Assembly (NCBI GenBank): GCA_000708835.1
Contig: DF237037.1
Location: 62,001 to 126,000, forward strand
DNA from: Klebsormidium nitens
Taxonomy: Eukaryota > Plantae > Klebsormidiophyceae
DNA: 64,000 bases
Reading direction: 5' to 3'
Part shown: positions 53,721 to 64,000 of the stretch, in pieces
Numbering within the stretch: the stretch's first letter is position 1
Layout: the number at the start of each line of letters is the position of its first letter
The notes under the pieces: generated by a model
Databases searched by the model: none
What the model was told of the DNA's origin: nothing
Seen by the model: only the letters and a program-made list of their open reading frames with translations
Program-made: the position numbers and the translations under genes

Positions 53721-54088
53721 AAACAGTCTACTGAAGTCCGCTGACAAGGCCTCGATGTGCTTTTTGCGTCGAACGCTAATCTGTACTTTCATGAATTGTT
53801 TCTGCCGACGCTTGTTCTCATTTCGTCGCCACAACGTCGGGTCATCAATAGATTTAGGGTTCCGCTACCCCTCCACACGCTTCAAACTTGAAAGAGCATG
53901 GCTCGGTGCCGCGGGCAGCTAGCTGTGCAGAGCTCAAACAATTCTTCATCGAGTAGAGTTGGTGTTTCCTTGGTGGGCGTCATGGTTATTCTTGTTGTTG
54001 GCGGCTTCATAATGGAAATTGTTGCAGCAGCAGGCTGATCTGCTAGCTCTAATACGCACTGTCCCCTACCACTCCAGAAGTTTCCACC

Positions 54089-57000
54089 ATGAGACACAGC
54101 CTTGCGCAGCCTTTGCAGGCGGTGCTGAGGTTGCCACTGTTGAGCAGGTCACAGGGCATCCCACAAGCAGCCTCACCAGATGGTGCCTTTGCTTTGCTCG
54201 CGTTGTCACAAGCGGGGGCTACTTTTGCGTTCTCTCACTTACGGGGTGTTCGACCGTTGCAGTCGGCAGCTAGCCACCTGCGCGCAGCTCTTCAGCTACA
54301 CCTGTTGCAAGATGTTAAACAGGTGTCCCTTTCAAGGCAGGCCTATAACCAGAGTTCAACAAGAGCTTCCTCAGATCAGCGAAATAGAGAAGGTCCTGCT
54401 GCGCTCGTGAATCGCTTCCTTCATTCACAACCAAATCCCAACTCTCCGCCGATACCACCTATCAAAAGCTCGCCACACACGAATGGTTTTCATTCACTTC
54501 CCGTGCGTAGCCGCTTCTCCTCAGCAGCATCCATTGGTACATCGCCAGTTCGAGCGATCCATTCAGCCACTGTTCAAACATCCTCTTCCCCTCAGCCGAG
54601 CAAACCGGTCGATATCCTCGATAGCAAGCTACACGAAGCCTGCGTACCTGACATAGGGACAAAGGGAGCAGTGGGGCTAAACCCTTTCACCAAGCAGCAG
54701 CATACGGTTCCTTTGCCACCACTTCCCCCCTCCGCAGCGGCGGCGTTTGAGAGGCACACTGCGCAGGCGTATCAAGGGGAACAGGAGCACATACCAAAAC
54801 CGACGGCGGATGACCAGCATATGACAGCTCGGGGATGCTATATAGCTCGCAGGTGAGTGGCGTTGCCTACGGGAGACTGTCACACTCTGAAGATCTGGAC
54901 CCTTCGAAAGTGTCTGTTTAAATATAGCATCAGATCGAATCTGGGAAGGGGGGATGTAATTTCTCAGTGGTGGTACTGATCCTGAAAGGTCTGTCTCCCA
55001 GTCTGCTTTCCTGATCTTCTGTTGGGGGTGGCGTAGCGCTCATCGCTGATCATGTCGTTGGCTGCACTGCGCTGTGTAGGGTCTGTCGCTGGTCTAAACT
55101 TGCGCTCAGATCCATCTGCAGTGAAGTCTGTCCTCTCCTTGACAACGGCTTGGCTGGATGAAAGAGCATAGCAACTCTTCTTCATTCCAAACACCTGTAG
55201 TGGTGCGCTCTCCTGGTGCTAAGCTGGGCCTGCTGTGGGACCTTCTACTTCGAACGCCTTCCATTGCCAGGACCTCCCTCTTCCTGCCCTAGTTACGAGA
55301 AGGTCCCGTTTCCTCGTTGCAGGATCAATCTTGGGAAGTTGGTCGAGGGCGCGTATCCGGATCGGACTGTAAACCACAGGGGCAACAATGTCATCGTACG
55401 CTTCAAGGACCGGAAGACTCCTCCGACGGGGCACAAACAGGTGCGGGGCACTAAGCACAGCTTACCCTTTTCTTTCAGCTGACTCAGCAGAAGAGTACAT
55501 TGCAGTGAGAAGTAACATACCCAGCTTCAGAGCCCCGGGAAACAAGCTGTTTGATGGTGACGATTGTATCAATGGAGACGATTATATTGACGGTTTTGAC
55601 ATGTGGCTTGCTGTCGCCTTGTATACTGTGTTTTGCCACGCTTCCCTTGGACTGCAATCGTAACCACCGTGCCGTACGAATGAGGTAGGGGCTCTAATCC
55701 TTATTTTAACATTACCCGACAGAGGTTGATCATCAGACGGTCATCAGCATCAGCATATTTCATCCAGCGCAAAACCCATCCTTCAGGAACGTAGCAGTTG
55801 ACAGCCAACAGAGTCTCGAGGCAGCCTTCCTCCATTTTTTCAGTTTCAGGTGAACCTTTGACTCGTAATTCTTGCTCTCCTGACTAGATTTAATCCAGAA
55901 GGCAGAGTCAATGATCCATCATTAAACCGTTTTGATAACCCGTTTGTTGCATTGATGCAGGGCGCCAGGTTGTTTGCCCCTCGGTGGATGATCGTGTTTG
56001 ACTACGGCGCCCTGGTGTTCTTCAATTTTGACCAGAGCGAGCTGGCAGCGGAACTCCAGGTGGTGTCGCAGTTCTGCGAGACGGCGCTCGAAGAACGCAT
56101 GACGGATGGTGCGCATCTTTCGTCCTCATTCTTCTTGCTTCGACGCTCATCGTCTAACGTCACCACCCTTGTCACTTGCAGATTGTTGCCTTGATTGTGC
56201 CCGTTGCAACAAACCTCTCAGCTTAGCTTTGTCCAGCTTTGTTGCTTCCAGCATCTCTTACGACTTGCCTTCACATTGCTTGTAGAACGTGTTGCTTCAA
56301 TGGAAGGGGGGCGCAAAGCTGTACAGATCTTGAGCATTTCACCAGCTCCGCTTTTTCGGTTCCGTGCTTCTGTAAATTACTCAAGCCCAGGGTTTATTTT
56401 GGTTGGGCATCACCTTGCTTTTTTGGTTCAGCGAATACCCGTCTCCGTCGATTTGTGCAGATTACGGGGTGTTTGTGCGCCACAGCCTGGAAAAGTACTC
56501 TGTCGGGGGCCCGGACTACGTGCTGATTCGGGACCTGAACGAGAATGCGATTCGGGTGATCGGAAGCATTCTGGGCCAGAGCGTTGCTCTTGACCACTAC
56601 ACTGTCGAGGTAAGAGGAAGTACAGCTCTTTGACGTATCTTTGACCAGGCGGCGATTGAGGAATCTCGAGTTGCAGTGGTCAACTCAGCATGAGTCCGGG
56701 TGACCCGGCCATTTCTCTTTCCATGTGGCATTCCTTTTGGGAGGAACTTTTCCAATTGATCAACAAAAGGGTCCTTAACGACGGTCCCTTCTGAGCCGTC
56801 ATTCGGGTTCGCGGACTCATATGACTCGCCTTTTCGAAACCTGAATTATCACACTGGCGAAGAGGCGAAACGGAGACGAAAAGGAGGGCGAGGCACCGAA
56901 AAAGGAACCTTTGGTTTGTCGCTGCTTGGTTTCTAGGTTGCTGTTGCGTGACCACGGACGTTGCAAAACTCGATCAGAGGCTTCTGGTTTGTTTCTCTAC

Positions 57001-59052
57001 ATTCGTGAGAGGTTCAATATTCTATTGCCGTTAGGGCGACGTTGAATGCATGTTTGTATGTATTTTACTCAGCCCATATTCACAACTTTCGGGGCTCCGG
57101 AATCCTCGGTTTCACCAGTTAGTTGACTGTCAGCCCCAGGGGCTTCAACGTTGGTGCTATCCTTCTCCGACAAGTCCTTCCGCGCTGTCAACGGCGTCTA
57201 TCTAAAGATACTTGAAAAAGATGGTTAAGGAGCTTGAGAAGCGACTCCTGGCGTGGAACCGCGCTAAAGCCCCACCTTCGAGTTTGTCATGTCCAGCATC
57301 TCGGTATCAAAGTACGCAAGACTGGAGATTCTCCAAATTGAATGTTACTTCTTCAGTTTCATACCGCAGAACTCTTCAACCTCAACCCTCGACGAATCAG
57401 GGTTCAAAGACTTTCGGGACTCTGAAGGCACGCTTTACTGAACCATGTGGCGCGTCTCGTGCAAAGGTCATGGACCCGTCTCTGACCACGCTTTAGAGAC
57501 ATTCCACTCGAATCCCGCATTCCGCAAGCCCGTATTACACGCACGCGCTTTGGCTTCGAAAATCCTGGCTACCTCTGCGTCCCGACTTTTACCCATTTTG
57601 AACCTCTTAGATTCTTAACCTTTCTCTTCATCCTGACTCTTTACCTTCTTGGATCCCCCAGCTCTTAATTGTTAACCCTGACTTCGTTAACCCAAATTTT
57701 CAAGTTCCGTTTTTGCTGTTGCAGGTGGACCGCATGATTGCGCGCTTCGGGCAGTTGAACAAGGACATGATGGAGCTGGGCAGCTTCACGATTACGCGCA
57801 AGGACCTCTTCAAGCTGATCGGGGTCGTCAACACCACCATTACTGACGTCATCATCAAGCTGGAGCTGCTCAACAGGTGAGGGCCACGTGGAAGCTCCGA
57901 ACCCGAAGCCGACTGACTGAGCGTACGTGGCCCTCAAGAGCTTCCAGAACTAAGCGTCCGGTCTTTGGCGCTCTGTTCATAACGTACGAGGCAGAGCGAG
58001 AAGCTCGTCCGAGCGCAGAGCCTGCATGGCGCGTTCGAGCCCAAACGTCAAAACCAGATAAGAAGTAGAGCAGCCGTATCCAAGCGTCGGAGTCATTACG
58101 AGCCCGTGTTACAGCCCCGAATGAAGGGCGCTCGAAATAGAAATCCAAATGTCAGAGGTCCGAGTCAGCGCGTCCAATCAAAATTTTAGAGTCAAATGCG
58201 CTTGGAGGAGGGCTGAAACAGATCAAACTTGTAAATATGGTGGTCTTGATGGTCAGAGAGCGGTTGGAGGATTGCCTGACAGGTTTGAGGGGGAATGGTG
58301 GATAGTTTTGTAAATGGGTGTTGAAATTGGTTGGATGAATGGATTGCGATGGTGAGCTTGAAACGTGGTAGCGTGTTTAATGGGTGGTCCTTGTAAGGGT
58401 CGGGAGTGGTCGGCGAATTAGTATGTATCTCGATGGTTCGTACCTTGGCAGAAAGGAATGTAAGTGCGACAAACTGACGGAGGAGATTGGAAGGCCGAAC
58501 AGCGGTTTTGAAGAAGCCGACATTGATTCGGCTACATGCATATTGAATCTCCCCAGACATTTGCCCGGAGGGCATCGCCAAAAGTTGCAGCCTGACTTGC
58601 TTTTCCAACTGCAGGTCGGACACTGCCTGGAAGTTTGCAGATTACGGCAAGATCTGGGAGTACATGCGAGGGGATTTCGACATCGCGGACCGGTTCGACA
58701 GTCTCAACTACAAGCTCTCGGTCATTCAAGTGAGGCGTCGGGTCGTCAGCAACAAAAGAAAATGTGTTGTAGAATCATGAGCTTCTGGTTATCGGCTTAA
58801 ACAGAACTTTGCGTCTCGTTGACTCCTTCGCCTTTGAGCACCGTTGGGTAGGCTTTCCTGTGGACCATGTTCAGACCCAATATGTGTCTGATGTACCCTT
58901 TGGCGTGTGCGTCTTTGCAGGCAAACGTCAAGTTCTTTCTCGGCGTCCTCCAGAATCGGAAGTCCGATACGTTAGAGTGGATCATCATTGCTTTGATTTC
59001 TGCCGAGATCATTCTTGGCATCTACGATATTCTTCGGACAGCAGCAGGTTGA
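54089..59052 (+). CDS. RMND1: RMND1/Rmd1 (DUF155) family protein, probably mitochondrial, about 525 aa; exons 54089-54852, 55323-55440, 55961-56108, 56461-56609, 57725-57876, 58615-58729, 58921-59052
   Basis: TARGCYIARRINL, MIVFDYGALVFFNF, VIGSILGQSVALDHY, LLNRSDTAW, DFDIADRFDSLNYKL and NRKSDTLEWIIIALISAEI (C-terminal TM). Long low-complexity presequence-like N-terminus. Phases are consistent. Confidence 0.9.
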
Positions 59053-59728
59053 TTAAGCGTCGTCATTGTTTGTCCTCGTCATTGATATTTGAGGTGATCT
59101 GCTCTCAATACGATTGTCAATGAAATTGAAGGCACTTACATCTGGTTCTGAGAAACGATATCTCCAAGCTCCGGCTGCCACACCCGTTGCGCAGCGTCAC
59201 TCAAACGCGAATTAAGCAATTCTTTCGAGAGTCCGCAATCCGTTCAAGTATACCTGTTCGTATAGTATGCGCTCGGTATCAATCCTGGCAGAGGCGACAA
59301 GTTAATAGCTTGCGACAAGTTGATGACTCTTGTCAAACCGTGGCTTCATGCTGTCGCAGCTGCATGGTCGTTGACAAGATCGACCCGCATGCGCCTAGTC
59401 ACTGTGCAGATATACAACCTCTCGATCGATCTGCATATATCGTTAAGTATGTTGCACATGTGCGCATGTGCAGCCTTACTTCATTGATTTGCGATGCATG
59501 GCCTCGAGCGAGCGCAGCCGCTTAGTATATTGTCCCACTACACACGTGCACAGTGCATGGTACATAGGGCCATGCAAAAGCTAGGCTACGTACGCGTACT
59601 AACTACCGCGTACTTCATGCAATAGGCCAGGGACCGCCGGCTAGCTAGGGCGCCCATATTATGCTACCTTTAATCCACTGACATACGTCCGCTGGCACGC
59701 AGCTCACCGTCAATGGCCATGGTACGTA

Positions 59729-59769
59729 CTTCAACGATTGCCTGTTTCAGTGCTTCAACGATTGCCTGT
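59729..59769. repeat. 17-bp direct repeat CTTCAACGATTGCCTGT x2 (24-bp period)
   Basis: Direct reading of the sequence. Confidence 0.8.
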
Positions 59770-60083
59770 CAAACTATGATGAATTCTTACTCATACATGC
59801 ATTAAACCGCAGATTTTATGTTTACTAGTTTACTAACGATCGATCATGCATTGAACGGTATGGATTCAATCCGACAGGCTTGGCAGTTGCCAGGGTGTCA
59901 AATGTCAAATGCTTTTGAAGCTCAGACAAGAAGCGTAAAGTTCAGACAAGAAGCTGCCTCCGAACATCATTGTAAACCACAGTGGCCGCTTACATATTCG
60001 AATCAGTCTGAGAAGGCGAATGAATGGTAAATCTTAATTGATCGAGTGTACTGTACCAATCGACTCTCGTAGGTTAGCAACAA

Positions 60084-62681
60084 TCAGCGAACTTCCGAGA
60101 AGCGCAAGATTTTGCCCTTCTCCCAGATAAACTCCGTTGGCTTCAAGCTCTTGACTGCAAGCTTTTTGAGCCGTTGACAACCTCTCAATATCCGACACAC
60201 TGTCTTTTGATCGAGTAAGCTACCCTGAGCTACACCGTCGCACCAAAGGGACTCTAAGGCCGGGTTTCCCTTCGCAAACCGGACAAGACCATCTTCCGTG
60301 ATAGCCTTGCATTCCGAGATGATCAGGCTGTTCAACGATCTCAGGCTCAGAAGACTTTGGAGCCCAGAGTCGGTCACCAGATAGCAGCCGTGGATGTTAA
60401 GCTCTACCAAATTCGGAGAGAGTTTGAAAGTGCTTTCTAAAGTCCAGTCCCTCACCCAACCCGAGTTTCTAGCAAGACTCAGCTTTTTCAGACCTGGGTA
60501 ATGAACAAAGAGAGCTTCGAATGCGTCGGGACTCACTATACACTGTGCGCAGAATGCCAAGCTCAGATCTGTCAAACCAGTGCACTTTGCCAGAGCTACC
60601 GAGAAGGGCTCGTCCCAATTCAATCGACAGTTTGTCAAATCTAGCGTCTTCAACGAGGCCAGATCAGGTAAACGAGCCCACTTCAAACTTTGCAAAAGCC
60701 TGCAGTGGGTAAGAACCATCGTGTCCAAGCGTCGGCACCCGAGCAACACGTATCCTAAGGAAGCTTCATCCATCCCGGTGCAACCACGGGCAAACAAGCG
60801 CCGTAGCTTGCCGAGGTTCTCCCCTAAGCTTTTGAACAGCTCCGGCTGCGACTCGATGATGCAGTGGTCCAGCGTGAGATCCTGAAAGAAATCCCAAGTC
60901 AGTCCTCAGACGTATGCTTGTCCGAAAATCTAGCGTGCAACGTTGGTTGTAAGTTTTCGCGTTTTTGGGCGTGCTCAAACGTTGATCCCGAAAGAACGAG
61001 ACGAAGATTGACAAAGCCATAACACGCCAACTGAGTTGTAAAAGCATGACTCTATTCTCGAGGCTGTTCAAGTAGCTGTTGTTGAACTTTGCTCATGAAA
61101 CCAAAACGGAGCTGGGAGCTTGTCAAAATGAACGATTGTTTGGTATACTACTGGGGAACATTTCGAACCATGTCATGCTTTGCAGCTTCATACACTTTGG
61201 GCATATCAGACTGGTACACTCTTTCGCTGTACATCACCGGCTCACCTCCAGATTTGTGCACAACTTGAGATCCACGAGCGCCTCATACATCGCCAGTTTC
61301 TTGCACCGCGACACGTCGAGCTTGGTCAACTTTCCACAGTGGAATGCGAGCCTCCTGAGGGCCCACCGACTGAAGCGAGGGCAGTCCGTTATTCTCAAAG
61401 AGGTTAACCCCGAACACTGCTGAGATATGGGTTGGAAGGCTGGGTCAATCTCGTTAACCAGGTTGGTTAACTGGAGGGTTTGCAGATTGGTCAGGGATGC
61501 TAGCGCAGCCACACCTTGGCTGTCGATAGGCCCAGCCCGGCACGGGTGCAGTTTGAACGTGGAGAGGTTACGGCAGAACTGTCCTATGGCGATAAGCGCA
61601 GCGTTCGTGAGGCTTGTGTGAGAGATGAGCTCTAGCGTTCGGAGTGTGGTGCAATTGGCAGCAATCTGCTCGACTGCGGAGTCGGTTAGGCTTGTGCTTG
61701 TGCTTGGGCCAAGCCCCTGAATGCATAGGGACTCCAGCTGCAATAGGCGCTTCAATGGAGTGTAGTCTTTGACCGCTGCACCACCACAAAGAAGCGTCAG
61801 CTCATGGAGATAAGGATCGGTCAGTTAAGTTAACCCCGATCCACTCGATCAGGCACAACCCAGAAATACAGTGAACGGCCGTCAGAGATGGCAGGACAGT
61901 CGATTTGTCTGAGGGCAGTGGGAGTCAGAATCTTGATTGTGACGAAACCCAAGCAGATCAGCCAGCATTGAACTGAGAACCTCAACCTTTGTGTTCACTG
62001 AAAGGCAGACATAGTAACAAAAGCAGAGCTTTGATCGTGATCAAAACACATCGATGACTCACCGGAGCACTCAACCAGATGCAGACTCCGCAGCCCCCTC
62101 ACTCCTGCCAGACAACCAAGGCCCTCCCCAGAAATACCATCATCGTACCGGACCTCCAGATGCTTGACTCTCGAACAAGCCCCCATCAAGCCCTCCAGAA
62201 TGTGGTCATCAATACTCAGAGGATACAGAGCAGGAGGATACAGCTGCTCTGTCCGAATCGTCGCAGACAGGGCCCCGAACGATAGCACCCGTTCTGCGGG
62301 CCCCAGATAGTGCGTGACCGCCATTGCTGGCTCGTAGCTTACGAGCGTCTCCCGAGTCACCTGGTGCGGAAGCACGTACCGGCCAAACCCTGCTGCAAAC
62401 TTCTCGACATCCTCAGGATCGCTGTTGGGCCCGACAAGGCGCAAGCTTTGCATGCAAGGGAACTGTGACAGATATGACGTCAGCTTGTTAGAGAAGGTAC
62501 CCAAGCAAATCGGTCCTGAAGCTTGCGCCCAAGAGGTGACGGAAACCTTCTCCCGCGATAGCTTTTCAAATTCTGCGAACGCCCGGCACGACTGAGCAAA
62601 CGCGCTCCGGTCGGCGCCGCGCTTTAGCGCACTTGCAACCTGGACCCAGACCTCTTCTGGCAGCAGGCCTAGATAATCCAT
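60084..62681 (-). CDS. F-box / leucine-rich-repeat (RNI-like) protein with TIR1/AFB/COI1-like N-terminus, about 648 aa; exons 62681-62063, 61775-61246, 60881-60084
   Basis: F-box LLPEEVWVQV..DRSAFAQSCR followed by many cysteine-containing LRRs (LTDSAVEQIAANCTTLRTLEL, VTDSGLQSL, ITEDGLVRFAKGNPALESL). 1,947 nt, in frame. F-box/LRR is firm; the TIR1/COI1 relationship is tentative. Confidence 0.9.
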
Positions 62682-63642
62682 TCTGCTTTGCCAAACGTTG
62701 CGCCTCTTTTGCTCAGGCAACTCTGCACAAGTGACAAGGACAATGCGCTGAATCAGGGCTGAATCGAAAGTGCCTTGGCCCATTGGGTGCGCGAACGCGC
62801 GCGAGCAAGTCTGTACTTCGGCTCTTTCTAAACCTGGAAGAAACCTCCGGCCGGGCATGCGGCCGCCGGCACGCCGGCCGCGATGGCGCCTTCCATGAGC
62901 GCGCGTTGGCAACAGTACGTTGTCCGGGTCCTTCAATCGTATTCCGCTTACCGACGTGGGCTGGCGGACTCGCCCGGTTCTTACATATTTTGGGGACATC
63001 AAACGGCTCGGCCGGGGTCTAAGAAGTAGGCGGCCAAGAGACGCACTTAAAGCTCGGAGCTGTGGTAACGATTTTCATGCTCAGCGGGCCAATCCGGCCC
63101 GTATGTAGCATCGCGATCATCCATTGAGCATTCAAAGCATATCGACATCATGAGCAGCAAAACTTAGATGATGAATCTCTGGTTCACAGCTTCAGTGACG
63201 AGGTGTTAGGCCTTCATACTTGTAAAGGTCAATTTTAAACGTGTGGCAGAACAATAGGCATAGCTGTTTAGATTTATCTAAGGACATGTTTGATCGCAGT
63301 CGAAATTGTGACCAAGCGTTTGCTTCCAATACTTGGAACCAAATGGCGGTTGATATGACGAGGAAGAAGGTGTGTGTCGGTCCAGCGGGACCCTCTCTAA
63401 TATAGTAAAGAAGGTAAGTCTGATTGCATCCCCTTGTGCGAGGACGGGCTCCGATGAACAAAAACGTACTCGTGCATGTCGGATCTAGCTGGCGGGCACC
63501 GTTTGCCTACGCTACAAGCACAACCCGCAGCCTCGCAGCCTACAAATACATTCTGAAGAAAGTATAACCTAGGAGTGGTCTCTCACTAACTTTAGTGCCA
63601 CGCGCTTCGATCAAACATCAACTCGTACCTTCTTGATAATAA

Positions 63643-63687
63643 AAAGCCTGCCTGGCTGCAAACACAAAGCCTGCCTGGCTGCAAACA
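63643..63687. repeat. 23-bp tandem duplication AAAGCCTGCCTGGCTGCAAAC(AC) x2
   Basis: Direct reading of the sequence. Confidence 0.85.
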
Positions 63688-64000
63688 AAAAAGTCTGCTC
63701 GACCGGCATGTTTATTCCTCGTCTCCACCTCGTTTCCATCTGCCAACCCGAGGACTGGCTTTTTTGTTCTGTTCATAGTACCCAAGATTCTTCCGCGCAA
63801 CTCTGATTAAACTGGGACGTTCAAAGACCAGCTGCCCGGGTTATCAGTTCACGTGGTTGCTTTCACATGTTCGGGTTTAAGGCGACCAAAGACACCGATA
63901 CTGCCGCTCTGCAGACGTCCGCAAAGCTGATCGATTTCCCCTCCGTACACTTCACCGGCAACTGTATCAGGAAAAGGCCACCCTGCATTGAGGTAAAATA

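Noticed and set aside
61995-63002. ORF-track start at 63002 (335 aa) for the F-box gene
   Set aside because: The F-box motif begins right after the ATG at 62681; the upstream stretch is GC-rich promoter/UTR-like sequence with a low-complexity translation.
63850-64000. Possible exon at the window edge (plus strand 63915-63992 flanked by CAG/GT, or a minus-strand C-terminus ending near 63850)
   Set aside because: Too short and truncated to assign strand or product.

Overview
Intron-rich eukaryotic genomic DNA. The short ORFs in the six-frame track are mostly exon fragments or spurious. I assembled seven protein-coding genes by hand from GT-AG junctions with consistent phases: (1) plastid-type release factor 1 (prfA/APG3-like, +, 14 exons); (2) serine palmitoyltransferase LCB2 (+, 11 exons); (3) a 23-kb, 33-34-exon hybrid kinase with the order Ser/Thr kinase, STAND/AAA NTPase, helical region, GAF, HisKA/HATPase, pseudo-REC, REC (+, about 2,080 aa); (4) a DUF4419-type protein (+, 2 exons); (5) a FAM135/DUF676 alpha/beta-hydrolase (-, 7 exons); (6) an RMND1/Rmd1 (DUF155) protein (+, 7 exons); (7) an F-box/LRR protein with a TIR1/COI1-like N-terminus (-, 3 exons). 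Plant-type orthologues, GC-rich exons and intron style suggest a streptophyte green alga such as Klebsormidium; this is inference, not a database result. Two things stand out. The first is the bacterial-style STAND hybrid kinase. The second is a recurrent pattern of 'exon echoes': diverged tandem copies of splice-junction-spanning sequence, mostly about 100-195 bp from the real junction. They occur at about 12 junctions of the kinase and also in FAM135 and prfA, and their divergence looks biased to synonymous positions. All coordinates and counts were derived by eye and need computational confirmation.
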